A stretch of 64,000 nt of DNA, from the NCBI GenBank assembly GCA_963832165.1, contig CAWHTE010000007.1, forward strand, positions 96,001-160,000, in the 5' to 3' direction. The notes beneath the pieces were generated by a model. It did no database searches. It had not been told where the DNA came from and worked only from the letters and a program-made list of their open reading frames with translations. Position 1 is the first letter of the stretch; every line of letters starts with the position of its first letter. Position numbers and translations under genes: made by a program. Shown piece by piece: positions 1-9,580 of the stretch. Source of the stretch: an uncultured delta proteobacterium. GTDB lineage: Bacteria > Myxococcota_A > UBA9160 > SMWR01.

Positions 1-86
1 CATTCGGCCACGGCGAGCGTCACGAGCAGCGCCGCGACCGCCGTGCTTCCGCGAGCGATCAGTGAAGTGAGACGGTCGAGATCCAT
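1..86 (-). CDS. Partial CDS (5' end only), hydrophobic N-terminus, hypothetical
   Basis: ATG at 86 with AAGGAAGG RBS; reads MDLDRLTSLIARGSTAVAALLVTLAVAE and runs off the window edge. Confidence 0.6.
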   Translation of the reverse strand, partial: MDLDRLTSLIARGSTAVAALLVTLAVAE

Positions 87-111
87 GGTTCCTTCCTTGC
101 TCGGGGGGAGC

Positions 112-396
112 TCATTTCCGCGGGATCTTCATCACCAGCGGGAGCGTCCCGAGAGCGACGTTGACCCGCACACCGACGATCGTCTGATCCGGTTGCACGA
201 ACCACATCATCTGGCTGTACGGCTGGTCCGGGATCGGAGCCACGGAGATCAAGTTGCCGTACTCGAGCGGAATCGAGTCGAATCCGCCCGGCGTCCTCTC
301 GAACCGCAAGGGCCCCCGGTCCTGCGTCGTCTCCAGGGGCTGACAGGCAGCGCACATCAAGGCGATCACAACGGCTGACAACAGGCTTCTGATCAC
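112..396 (-). CDS. Small hypothetical lipoprotein
   Basis: GTG start with GAGGAGG RBS; signal peptide ending CAAC (lipobox-like); 94 aa. Confidence 0.65.
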   Translation of the reverse strand: MIRSLLSAVVIALMCAACQPLETTQDRGPLRFERTPGGFDSIPLEYGNLISVAPIPDQPYSQMMWFVQPDQTIVGVRVNVALGTLPLVMKIPRK

Positions 397-567
397 GAAC
401 GTCCCTCCTCGCGGCGTGGGACGAGCGGTGGCCCCTCGAGTTAGGTCAGGGGAGCACCTCGCGTCGCTCGGATGGCGCGATCATATACCCGGGCGGTCGA
501 GAAGTGGAAGCCCGTTCTGCCAGCGCGAGGGCGAGCTGGGGCCCATCACCCTGCTCCTTCGGGTGCG

Positions 568-596
568 AATAGCGGGGAAATAGCGCCGGAATAGCG
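568..596. repeat. Three AATAGCG direct repeats at 11-bp period (putative regulator binding array)
   Basis: AATAGCG starts at 568, 579 and 590, in the intergenic region upstream of the 112..396 gene. Confidence 0.55.
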
Positions 597-621
597 CGTG
601 CCTAAGCCCCTGATGTGCCGG

Positions 622-2046
622 CTAACGCGCCCGGTGAACCACTCCCTCCGCGGCCGCCTGGAGCTCTTCGAACGCGCCGTGGATCTGCTCGCAGAGCGCC
701 TGCACGTCGGGCACGAGATCGGGATCGACCGTGAAGCCGAACTCCATCTTCCCCATGTACGAGACGACCGTGGCGTTCAGGCCCTGGCCCGCCGAGAGCA
801 CCGACATCGGGTACATCGACTCCATGCGCGCACCCGCCGTGTAGAGCGGGATCGGCGTGCCGCGCACGTTCGATACCACGAGGTTTCCGGGCAGCGGCAC
901 GCTGTCGGGTGCGAGCGCCACCGCGCCCATGAGCAAGCCCACCAGACCCGGCGCAAAGCTCTCCGCCACCGCGGTGAGCACGTCGAAGCTGCCCGCGACG
1001 CTCTCCTTCGACCGCACCGAGTTCTTCGCGATCCGGCGCAGCCGGTCCGCGGGGTCCTCGAGATCGGTCGCGAGAGAGACCGGCATCATCGTGATCTGGT
1101 TGTTCAGCGACTTGTCTTCCTGCGCGCGCAGCGAGACCGGGCACACCGCGACGAGCGGCCGATCGGGCAGCTCACCTTTCGCGCGCAGCCAGCGGCGCAG
1201 CGCACCGCCGATCACCTCGAGCACGACGTCGTTCAGGGTCACGTCGAAGTGCTTCTTGACGGCCTTGAGCTCCTCGAGGTCGAGCGAGGCACACGCGAAG
1301 TTGCGGCGCGGGCCGACGAGCTTGTTGAACGAGAGGGGCGGGACGTCGCTCCAACCCGGCGGCGCGAACTCGCGGTCTCCGCTCGGCCACCACGAGGACG
1401 CGATCGCGCGCGCTCCCGTCGCGAGATGCTGGACGCGCTTGCCCTGGCGCTCGAGCGCGTTGCGCGCGGCGCGCACGGCGATTCCGAGGCTGCTCGGAGC
1501 TTCGGGCCTTCCCTCCTTCATGATGTCGGGGACGATCGGCGGCCGCGTCGCGTCGGGAGAGAGGTCCGTGAGCACCTCGGCGAGGCCGACGCCCGCCTGG
1601 CCGTCCATCAGGCAGTGATGGTTCTTCATGAACATCGCCACCTTGCCGTCGGCGAGGCCCTCGATGTACCAGACCTCCCAGAGCGGTCGCGAGCGATCGA
1701 GCGGACGCGCGAACAGGTGTCCCGCGAGCTCACCGAGCTCCTTCATGCCGCCCGGCGAGGGCACCGCGATCCGATGCACGTGCTTGCGCACGTCGAAGTC
1801 GGTGCACTCCACCCAGTACGGGCGATCGAGCCCGAGCGGCACCTCGAGCAGCTTCCAACGGAAGCGCGGAACGAGCACGAGCCGCTCCTCGATCGAACGC
1901 ACGAGCTTCTCGTATCCGAAATCGGGCGCGCCGGTCGGATCGAGCAGCGTCATTCCGCCGACGTGACCCCAGGTGGTGTCGGTCTCGGTGGAGAGGAAGA
2001 CGGCATCGCCGTCGGGGAGCTGCTTCACGGTGGTCTCGGTGGTCAT
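622..2046 (-). CDS. Wax ester synthase/diacylglycerol acyltransferase (WS/DGAT)
   Basis: Start trimmed to MTTETTVKQ; HHCLMDG catalytic motif; PLDRSRPLWE and NLVVSNVRG motifs. Confidence 0.93.
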   Translation of the reverse strand: MTTETTVKQLPDGDAVFLSTETDTTWGHVGGMTLLDPTGAPDFGYEKLVRSIEERLVLVPRFRWKLLEVPLGLDRPYWVECTDFDVRKHVHRIAVPSPGGMKELGELAGHLFARPLDRSRPLWEVWYIEGLADGKVAMFMKNHHCLMDGQAGVGLAEVLTDLSPDATRPPIVPDIMKEGRPEAPSSLGIAVRAARNALERQGKRVQHLATGARAIASSWWPSGDREFAPPGWSDVPPLSFNKLVGPRRNFACASLDLEELKAVKKHFDVTLNDVVLEVIGGALRRWLRAKGELPDRPLVAVCPVSLRAQEDKSLNNQITMMPVSLATDLEDPADRLRRIAKNSVRSKESVAGSFDVLTAVAESFAPGLVGLLMGAVALAPDSVPLPGNLVVSNVRGTPIPLYTAGARMESMYPMSVLSAGQGLNATVVSYMGKMEFGFTVDPDLVPDVQALCEQIHGAFEELQAAAEGVVHRAR

Positions 2047-2108
2047 CGGAGATTCTCCTGATTGGAACCTTTGGATGAAATTCACTTCGCGCTCGATGCG
2101 CGCGTGGC

Positions 2109-3902
2109 CTAGAAGCGCAGCGCGCCGGACGCGATGCGCGCGTGGACATGCGCGTCGAGCCGTTGATAGGCGCGGCTCTCGTCGTCGCGGTAGAAGATCG
2201 GATCCGACGTCGACGCCGGGTCGAAGCCCTGCTTCTGGAGCTCGACCTTGCGCAGCTTGAACGTTCCCGTGACGTCGGGTGCAACCCACATGCGCACGAA
2301 CGCGGGCCGCGCATAGGCGGGAAGCTCGCGCTCGACGCGCGCGTACAGGCTCGCGCCGTCGATCGCTGCTTCGGGGTCGAGCACCACCGCGGCCATGCCC
2401 GCGCGGCCCTCGGCACCGGGCACCGCAACGCCGTACGCGGCGCACATCGCCACTCCGGGCTCGCCGCCGACGGCCTCGGCCACCTGCTGGGTGGAGACGT
2501 TCTCGCCCTTCCAGCGGAAGGTGTCGCCAATCCGATCGACGAAGTAGTAGTAGCCGTCGGCGTCGCGCGAGAGCAGGTCGCCGGTGCGGAACCACGCGTC
2601 GCCCGGCTCGAAGACGTCGCGCAGGATCTTCTTCTCGGTGGCTTCGCGCGATGTATAGCCCTCGAAGCGCCCGGCCGCGGTGCGACCGGCCTCGGCGATC
2701 CGGCCGATCAGCTCGCCGGGCTCCCCGATCTCGCACGGCACGCAGCGACCCGCCGCGTCGCGCAGCGGCGCGTCGGCATCCACGTCGAAGCGCACGAGCG
2801 ACACCTGGGTCCCGGGCGCGGCCTTGCCGACCGACCCGGGCCGCCCCGCGAAGTTCACCATCGAGACGTTCCCCTCGGTGGCTCCGTAGAACTCGACGAT
2901 GCGCGGCACCGCGAAACGCTGCTGGAAGGTCTCCCAGACGTCGGGCCGCAGTCCGTTGCCGAGCGCGAAGCGCAGCGAGTGGGCGCGCTCCTTCGGATGC
3001 GGCGGCTGATTCACGAGGTAGCGGCACAGCTCGCCGATGTACTGGAAGGCCGTCGCGCCGCTGTCGACGATGTCGTCCCAGAACCGGCGCGCGCTGAACC
3101 TGCGCGCGAGCGCGAGCGTTGCGCCGCTGCGCAGCACCGCGTTCACGCACACCACGCCGCCCACCGTGTGGTAGAGCGGGAGCGCGCAGTAGAGCACGTC
3201 GCTGTCCGAGAGCCCCGCGAGCAGCGCGTAGGTACCACCCGCGACGAAACGGCTGTGGCTGAAGCGCGCCGCCTTGGGCAGACCCGTGGTGCCCGAGGTG
3301 TAGATGTAGAAGAGCGGGTCGCCGCCGCGCAGATCCGCGCGCACGCTCCGCGGCGGATCGTGGCGCGAGAATCCCGCCGACTCCTCGTCAAGCGACTTCG
3401 CGTGGGGCGGAAGCTCCAGCCCCTCACGGCCGGGATCGGCGAGCGCGAACAGATCGACGGCGGGCGCATCCACCCCGAGCGACTGCCACGCGTCCGCGCA
3501 TTCGGCGCCGAGCACGACCGCGCCACAGCCCGCCGTGCGCACGCTGTGCGCGAGCGCCTCGCCGCGCAGATTCGTGTTCAGCAGCGCCGTCGTGACGCCC
3601 GCCTTCGCAAGACCCATCCACACGGCGATGTACTCGGGCCGGTTCTCCATGAGCAGCGCCACGACGTCGCCCTTGCGGAGCCCGCGCGCGAGCGCCCAAT
3701 GCGCGAAGCGATTCGCCTGCGCGTTGAGCTCGCCGTAGCTCGTTACGCGGCCCTCGAAACGGACGAACGGCGCGTCGGGGCGGCGGCGGCACTGGCGCTC
3801 GAGCAGATCGGCCGCGGTGAAGCGGCGGCTCGGTCCCGCGCGCAGCAGGTCGGGCAGCAGGCGCAGCGCGCGGCCGAAGACGAGGAGATCGGAGCTCGAC
3901 AT
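2109..3902 (-). CDS. Long-chain acyl-CoA synthetase, FATP/VLACS family
   Basis: YIYTSGTTGLPK AMP-binding motif; FVDRIGDTFRWKGENVST FATP signature. Confidence 0.93.
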   Translation of the reverse strand: MSSSDLLVFGRALRLLPDLLRAGPSRRFTAADLLERQCRRRPDAPFVRFEGRVTSYGELNAQANRFAHWALARGLRKGDVVALLMENRPEYIAVWMGLAKAGVTTALLNTNLRGEALAHSVRTAGCGAVVLGAECADAWQSLGVDAPAVDLFALADPGREGLELPPHAKSLDEESAGFSRHDPPRSVRADLRGGDPLFYIYTSGTTGLPKAARFSHSRFVAGGTYALLAGLSDSDVLYCALPLYHTVGGVVCVNAVLRSGATLALARRFSARRFWDDIVDSGATAFQYIGELCRYLVNQPPHPKERAHSLRFALGNGLRPDVWETFQQRFAVPRIVEFYGATEGNVSMVNFAGRPGSVGKAAPGTQVSLVRFDVDADAPLRDAAGRCVPCEIGEPGELIGRIAEAGRTAAGRFEGYTSREATEKKILRDVFEPGDAWFRTGDLLSRDADGYYYFVDRIGDTFRWKGENVSTQQVAEAVGGEPGVAMCAAYGVAVPGAEGRAGMAAVVLDPEAAIDGASLYARVERELPAYARPAFVRMWVAPDVTGTFKLRKVELQKQGFDPASTSDPIFYRDDESRAYQRLDAHVHARIASGALRF

Positions 3903-3911
3903 GGTTTCCTC

Positions 3912-5357
3912 TCAGGCGGCGCGCGCCGCAAGTTTCTCGCAGCGAGCCGAAGGCGAGCGAAGACCAGAAGACTCGTGGCTCGCGGCCTTCACCAGCTCTT
4001 CGAACGCATCCGCGACGTAGCGCGAGAGACGCGGCAGGTCGGGCACCGCGCGCGCACACGCGTAGAAGCCGAAGTTCAGCTGTCCGCCGTAGCTCCATAC
4101 CGTGGTGTTGAGTCCGGCGGAGAATTTCATGTGACCCACGGAGACGAAGTTCTCGACCACACCCCAGGGCCCCGTGAGCGGCTCGGCCGGTCCACACACG
4201 TTCGAGATCGCGCAGCCGCCCGGGAAGTTCGGGATCCAACGCACATAGGCGCGCATGAACCCGCTGAGCGACTTGATCGCGAACGGCGGCAGCCAGCGGA
4301 GCCAGTCTTCGAGATGCGCGCCCTCGCGCAATCGCAGCTCTTCCTTCGCGCGCGCGGTCTCGTGCTGAACCGCGCGCAGCCGCGCGATCGGATCTGCGAT
4401 CTGCGTCGGGAGGTCGAGCGGGCGGGTCGTGACGCGGTTCCCCCAGAGCAGCTCCTCGTCTGCGCGGCGGATCGACGCGGGCATGAACGCGCGCGTGGGC
4501 AGGCCCGGCAGCGCGCCGCGCTCGAGCAGCCAGCGCCGCACGCCTCCTGCCACCGAGGCGACCACGACGTCGTTGATCGTGCCGCCGAGCTGCTGGCGGA
4601 TCTCGCGCGCGGTCGCGAGCGGGGTCGTGAAGTAGTGGAATGCACGCCGCCGAGAGAGCGGACCACCGAGCGGATGGTGCGGACCCCGCAGAGCATCCGG
4701 ACTCGGCTCCGCTGCGATGGAATCGCCCTCGCGAGCGGCGGCCACGCGCGCGCGCGCGTTGGAGGTCGCGCGCACGAGCGACGGAATGTGGTGGACGGTC
4801 CCGCGCCAGAGATCGCGCAGCGCGTGCTTGATCAGGGTCCAGCGCGAGGGAAGCGCTCGAGGGGCGGCCGCGTTGGACTCGACCGCGGGCTCGGGCATGT
4901 GCAGCAGCTCGAGCAGGCGCCGGCTCGCCGAGCCGTCCGCGAGCGCGTGGCTGATCTTGAGCACCGCGACGATGCCGCCCTCGTATCCCTCGAGCCACCA
5001 CAGCTCCCAGAGCGGGCGGTCGGGGTCGAGCGGAACGGACACGATCTGCGAGATCGCTTCACAGAGCTCGTCGCGTCCGCCGGGAGCCGCAACCGCGGCG
5101 CGCCGGAGATGCCAGTCGAGGTCGAGAGCGGGGTCCGCGACCCATACCGGGTGGTGCAGATCGAACGGCACGCGCAGCGCGCGCCACTGCAGCGGCTCGA
5201 GCGATGCGACGCGGCGCGCGAGATCGCGGCGCGCAGACTCGAAGCTCCACACCGCGCTCGCGCGCTCGGAGAGGAACGAGATCTTGAGCGTGTGCTGGGG
5301 CTCTTCGGGCCGCTCGTCGTAGATGAACTGGGCGTCGTGGCCCGACATTCGCTGCAC
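3912..5357 (-). CDS. WS/DGAT family O-acyltransferase (second copy)
   Basis: SHALADG variant of the HHxxxDG motif; PLDPDRPLWE; ISNVCGP. Confidence 0.9.
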   Translation of the reverse strand: MQRMSGHDAQFIYDERPEEPQHTLKISFLSERASAVWSFESARRDLARRVASLEPLQWRALRVPFDLHHPVWVADPALDLDWHLRRAAVAAPGGRDELCEAISQIVSVPLDPDRPLWELWWLEGYEGGIVAVLKISHALADGSASRRLLELLHMPEPAVESNAAAPRALPSRWTLIKHALRDLWRGTVHHIPSLVRATSNARARVAAAREGDSIAAEPSPDALRGPHHPLGGPLSRRRAFHYFTTPLATAREIRQQLGGTINDVVVASVAGGVRRWLLERGALPGLPTRAFMPASIRRADEELLWGNRVTTRPLDLPTQIADPIARLRAVQHETARAKEELRLREGAHLEDWLRWLPPFAIKSLSGFMRAYVRWIPNFPGGCAISNVCGPAEPLTGPWGVVENFVSVGHMKFSAGLNTTVWSYGGQLNFGFYACARAVPDLPRLSRYVADAFEELVKAASHESSGLRSPSARCEKLAARAA

Positions 5358-5399
5358 GATCGATTCACCTGGGGGAGTAGGGGGTAGGCGAATAGGAAA

Positions 5400-5428
5400 A
5401 TATTGATTATCTTTACGATAGTCAATAT
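5400..5428. promoter_or_regulatory. Inverted repeat, putative TetR operator in AT-rich divergent promoter
   Basis: ATATTGATTATC-N5-GATAGTCAATAT (11/12 arm match) between the WS/DGAT operon and the TetR gene. Confidence 0.7.
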
Positions 5429-5601
5429 ACGCAAACGGATTAATTTTAGTTTCCTCAGTAAATTATCAGGAAATCTAGCGACCCCCGGGGTATGGCGGAT
5501 CGTCCCCGGGCTTTCTACGGATACGCCCGGGATTGTTCTTGCGAACCCGCCGCGTCAGCGAGAAAATCCCTGTTACGGGTTGGAGAGGTTGGATATCCCC
5601 A

Positions 5602-6243
5602 ATGAAGAAGAAGAATTCGAATCTCGAGGCCGCGCGGTCGCGGATGTATCACGACCTGATCTTCGAGTGCGCCGAGCGCGTATTCGCGGAGAAGGGCTTC
5701 GACGAGAGCACGATGCAGGACGTGGCCTCCGAGGCCGGCATCTCGCTCAAGACGCTCTACGCCACGTTCCCGGGCAAGAACGAGATCTGGACCGAGATCC
5801 AGGCCGTGCGCGGGCTGGCCTTCCTCGAGCGCGTGCGCGGCAGCGACGGCGAAGCCTCCGCGATCGAGAAGCTCGAGGCCGGGCTGCGCGCTTTCGTGAC
5901 CTTCCTGCTCGAGCACGACGCCTATCGGCGGATCCTGCTGCGCGAAGGGCACGCCTGGGGGCTCGATCCCAATACCGAGAACACCCGCGAGCACTGGCGC
6001 GCCGGCACGGGCTACGTGGCCGCGATCGTGCGCCAGGGAATCGAGGAAGGCGTGTTCCACAAGGGCGACCCCGAGCTGCTCGCAGCGTCCGTGACCGCCG
6101 TGATGCAGGTCCAGCTCGGAGGCCGCTTGTTCGCTTCCGCGAATCAACCCGACGCGGAGGAGATCGTGAGCGGTACGCTCGAGCTCCTGCGCCGGATGCT
6201 ATGCGTGAACCCGGAGCCGACCCAGGCGCGCCGGGTGGCGTGA
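5602..6243 (+). CDS. TetR/AcrR family transcriptional regulator
   Basis: N-terminal HTH AERVFAEKGFDESTMQDVASEAGISLKTLYATFPGK; start taken at MKKKN. Confidence 0.92.
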   Translation: MKKKNSNLEAARSRMYHDLIFECAERVFAEKGFDESTMQDVASEAGISLKTLYATFPGKNEIWTEIQAVRGLAFLERVRGSDGEASAIEKLEAGLRAFVTFLLEHDAYRRILLREGHAWGLDPNTENTREHWRAGTGYVAAIVRQGIEEGVFHKGDPELLAASVTAVMQVQLGGRLFASANQPDAEEIVSGTLELLRRMLCVNPEPTQARRVA

Positions 6244-6248
6244 GCTCG

Positions 6249-7052
6249 ATGGATCTCGAGACGGTCGACCTCGGAACGCCGTTCCTCCGGCTCGAACGGC
6301 GCGATCACCTCGCCTGGTGCACGATCGACCGGCCCAAGTCGCGCAACGCGCTCTCTCCGGCGATGTACTACGGCGTCAAGCGCGCGGTGCAGTGGGTGAA
6401 CGCGCGCAGCGAGCCGACCGCGCTGATCCTCACGGGTGTGGGCGACGTGTTCGCCCCGGGCGGCGAGCTGCGCGGCGTGCGCGAGGACCCGAATCCGGTC
6501 GTCGACGCCCTCACGGGCGACGAGGTGCTGCCGTTCGAGGCGATCCGCCACAGCGCCGCACCCGTGGTCGCCGCCGTGAACGGAATCTGTCAGGGCGGTG
6601 GCCTCCTGATCGCGATGCTCTCCGACGTCGCGGTCGTGAGCGAGCGCGCGACGTTTCGCGCGCCGGAGCTCCTGCGCGGGATCGCCGATTCGGGCTATGC
6701 CGCCTATCTGCCGCCCCACGTCGGCATAGCGCGGGCGCGCGACCTCCTGTTCACGGGCCGCAAGCTCGACGCGCGCGAGGCCGTGGAGATGGGGCTCGTC
6801 GCGCGCATGGTCCCGCACGACCAGCTCGCCGACGCCGCGCGCGAAGTCGCCGAGAACATCCTGCGCACCGCGCCCGAGGCGCGAATGATGGTGAAGCGCA
6901 TGATCCACGAGCGCTATGGCCCGGTCGATCGCATGAGCATGGACTGGTCGCTCTGGAAGGCCGGCGAGGCGCGCGAGGGGATGCGCGCGTTCGCGGAGAA
7001 GCGCACGCCCGCGTGGGTGCCGAAGGCGCTCGACACCGGCAAGCGCCTGTAA
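6249..7052 (+). CDS. Enoyl-CoA hydratase/isomerase (crotonase) family
   Basis: IDRPKSRNAL, VAAVNGICQGGG, FRAPELLRG, EGMRAFAEKR; alternative GTG start at 6240 overlaps the TetR stop. Confidence 0.9.
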   Translation: MDLETVDLGTPFLRLERRDHLAWCTIDRPKSRNALSPAMYYGVKRAVQWVNARSEPTALILTGVGDVFAPGGELRGVREDPNPVVDALTGDEVLPFEAIRHSAAPVVAAVNGICQGGGLLIAMLSDVAVVSERATFRAPELLRGIADSGYAAYLPPHVGIARARDLLFTGRKLDAREAVEMGLVARMVPHDQLADAAREVAENILRTAPEARMMVKRMIHERYGPVDRMSMDWSLWKAGEAREGMRAFAEKRTPAWVPKALDTGKRL

Positions 7053-7056
7053 CGCG

Positions 7057-7857
7057 TCAGCCGACGCGCGAGCTCTGTCCGCCGTCGACGGGCAGCATCA
7101 CGCCCGTGATGAAGCGCGCCTCGTCGGAGGCGAGAAAGACCGCGGCCCAGGCCACGTCCCAGGCCGTGCCCATGTGCCCGCCGAGCGGTACCGCGGCGTG
7201 GCGCTGGGCGACGAGCTTTTCCTTCGCGATGCCGAGCTCCTGCGAGAGGCCCTCGATCGCCATGGGCGTCTCCATGAGACCGGGCATGATCACGTTCGCG
7301 CGGATCCCGTACTTCGCATTGCCGACCGCGAGCGATTGCGTGTAGGCGTTGATGCCCGCCTTCGAGGTCTTGTAGGCGACCGCGGGCGTGGCGCAGATCG
7401 CCGCGATCGACGACACGTTCGTGATCGCCCCGCCCTTCTGCTCGCGCATCACGGGCAGCACGTGCTTGCACGGAAACACCACGCTCTTGAGGTTCACGGC
7501 GAGGATGCGGTCCCACGCCTCTTCGTTCACGTGCGATGGGCTCGCGTCGCCGCCGCCGATTCCGACGTTGTTGTGCAGCACGTCGATCCGGCCGTGGCGC
7601 TTCACGCACGTGGCGACGAGCGCCGCGCAATCGGCCTCGAGGGTGGCGTCGGCGCACGCGGCTTCGGCCTCGCCGCCCTCGGCGCGGATCATCGCGACGG
7701 TCTCTTCGGCGGAGTCGAGCCGCCGATCGACGGCGATCACGCGCGCGCCCTCGCGCGCGAACAGCACCGCGGTGGCGCGGCCGTTTCCGATCGTGTCGCC
7801 GGGCGTCTGCCCGGCGCCCACCACGATCGCGACCTTGCCCGCGAGGCGCGCGCTCAC
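7057..7857 (-). CDS. Short-chain dehydrogenase/reductase
   Basis: GAGQTPGDTIGNG Rossmann variant, NNVG, YKTSK catalytic motif; GTG overlaps the upstream stop. Confidence 0.9.
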   Translation of the reverse strand: MSARLAGKVAIVVGAGQTPGDTIGNGRATAVLFAREGARVIAVDRRLDSAEETVAMIRAEGGEAEAACADATLEADCAALVATCVKRHGRIDVLHNNVGIGGGDASPSHVNEEAWDRILAVNLKSVVFPCKHVLPVMREQKGGAITNVSSIAAICATPAVAYKTSKAGINAYTQSLAVGNAKYGIRANVIMPGLMETPMAIEGLSQELGIAKEKLVAQRHAAVPLGGHMGTAWDVAWAAVFLASDEARFITGVMLPVDGGQSSRVG

Positions 7858-8414
7858 GGACGCGGCAGCGGCGCGAGGCCGGGCTCCGGCTGGACGCCGA
7901 AGCTGTTCAGGGCCATCGACACGAGATTGTATTGGCCGACCGTGAACACGAGATCCATGAGCTGCTGCGTGGAGAGCGAGCTCGCGAGCTCCGTCCACGT
8001 GGTATCCGAGATGAACGCGTCGTCGTGCAGCTCATCAGTGGCGCGCAGCAGCGCGCGCTCGAGCGTGCTCCAGCCGATGGCGGCAGCGCCCTTCGGAATG
8101 CGCGCGATCTCCTCGTCGGACAGGCCCACCGCCTTCGCGATCGCGACGTGCTGACCCCACTCGTAGCCCGCACGGCACAGCCAGCCGATGCGCAGGATCA
8201 CGAGCTCGCGCTCGCGCGCGGGCAGCGTCGATTTGGCGAGCACGTGGTTGCCGAACACGAGCCAGCGCTTCAAGAGGCCCGGGTGGTTCGCGAGCGTGCG
8301 GAAGATGTTGAGGATCGAGCCCTCGCCGACCGGGCCCTGGCCGACGCGCTGGCGCGTCTCCGGGTCCATCTCGTCGTCGGAAAGCGGCGCGACGCGCGGT
8401 TTATCGAGTCTCAC
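7854..8414 (-). CDS. Carboxymuconolactone decarboxylase/AhpD-like protein
   Basis: NIFRTLANHP, RERELVILR, YEWGQH motifs. Confidence 0.88.
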   Translation of the reverse strand: MRLDKPRVAPLSDDEMDPETRQRVGQGPVGEGSILNIFRTLANHPGLLKRWLVFGNHVLAKSTLPARERELVILRIGWLCRAGYEWGQHVAIAKAVGLSDEEIARIPKGAAAIGWSTLERALLRATDELHDDAFISDTTWTELASSLSTQQLMDLVFTVGQYNLVSMALNSFGVQPEPGLAPLPRP

Positions 8415-8441
8415 GAGTTTCCCTCCCGCGGGCCATGGTAC

Positions 8442-9566
8442 TCACACCCGCGTCCTGAGCACGCTCGGGTCGAAGCGGAACAGCCGAGCCGCCGTGCCCG
8501 CGACGATCTGCGCCGCGTCGTCGACCGGGGTGTGCGCGAACAGCTCGGAGACGATCTTGCGCGAGTGGGGAAAGGTGCCTTCGGCGTGCGGAAAATCGGA
8601 GCCCCACAAGAGCGGCGCCGCGCCCGTGAGCGGGAGGTTGTGGACCGCGACGGGATCGAACTGGAACGTCCCGTGGATCTGTCGCCTCATGTAGTGGCTG
8701 GGCTTCTCGGGCAGGATCGGCTTCACCCATCCCTCGTACTGCTGGAACGCCTCGTAGTAGTAGTCGACCGTGCACATCGCCCACGACAGCCAGCCCGCGT
8801 TCGTCTCGACGAACACGAAGTGGAGTCCGGGGTGATCGGCGAGCACGCCCGAGGTGGCGAGCATCGCGGCTGCGCGCGGCGCCATCGACTGCGTCGAGAG
8901 CAGATTCGTCACGGCAGCGCCGGGGCCGCGGTAGAACAACATGTCGTGCCCGCTGCCCTGGTGCATCACGACCGGAAGACCGATCTCCTCGATCGCACTC
9001 CAGAGCGGCTGCCAGCCGCGGTGGTTGTACTCGGGCGTGCCCACGAGCGGCAGCATGGCCGCAGCCAGCCCGAGGTCGGCGATGCGCGAGACCTCCGCGA
9101 TCGCGGCGTCGACGCTCCAGGTCGGGATCATGCCCGCGCAGCGAAAGCGCGGAGAGCGCGACGCGAGCCGATCTGCGATCCAGTCGTTGTAGATCCGGCA
9201 GCAGGCCTCGCCCGTGCGCGCGTCCGCGATGTTCCACGCGTACAGCCCCGCGCTCGGGTAGACGCACTCGCCCGAGATCCCGTCGCGGCGCATCGCGGCG
9301 AAGCGGCGATCCGGGTCGGCCGTGAGCACACGCAGCGCATCGAGGTCGGAGACGCCCGCGGCGGCTGCGGCTTCGGTGATCTCGCGCGTGTGCGCCGTGT
9401 CCTCGATGCCGATCCGCTTTGCGAACTGGGCCGCCGAGGCGTGCTGAGGACCCAGCTCGGGCGGCAGGTGCTCGCGCATCGCGGGGGAGAGCTCGGCGTG
9501 CCAGAGCGTGCTGGGCTCCTCCACGTGACTGTCTGCCGAGATCAGCGGAAGGCTCTGCAGGTCCAT
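8442..9566 (-). CDS. Amidohydrolase family 2 (metal-dependent hydrolase/decarboxylase)
   Basis: ISADSHVEEP N-terminus; WGSDFPHAEG C-terminal motif. Confidence 0.9.
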   Translation of the reverse strand: MDLQSLPLISADSHVEEPSTLWHAELSPAMREHLPPELGPQHASAAQFAKRIGIEDTAHTREITEAAAAAGVSDLDALRVLTADPDRRFAAMRRDGISGECVYPSAGLYAWNIADARTGEACCRIYNDWIADRLASRSPRFRCAGMIPTWSVDAAIAEVSRIADLGLAAAMLPLVGTPEYNHRGWQPLWSAIEEIGLPVVMHQGSGHDMLFYRGPGAAVTNLLSTQSMAPRAAAMLATSGVLADHPGLHFVFVETNAGWLSWAMCTVDYYYEAFQQYEGWVKPILPEKPSHYMRRQIHGTFQFDPVAVHNLPLTGAAPLLWGSDFPHAEGTFPHSRKIVSELFAHTPVDDAAQIVAGTAARLFRFDPSVLRTRV

Positions 9567-9580
9567 GGTGTCGTGACGCG

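Noticed and set aside
422..462. Possible structured RNA/riboswitch hairpin upstream of the 112..396 gene
   Set aside because: Only an imperfect GC-rich stem; no recognisable family motif
622..3150. Apparent 842-aa fused WS/DGAT ORF, and similar extended ORFs 8442..10973, 38380..40857 and 47009..48964
   Set aside because: N-terminal extensions overlap upstream genes in another frame; real starts lie downstream
2142..5387. 1081-aa + strand ORF, and similar long ORFs at 27001..30198 and 58040..61039
   Set aside because: Shadow frames of well-supported genes; Arg/Ala-rich with no motifs, typical of high-GC DNA
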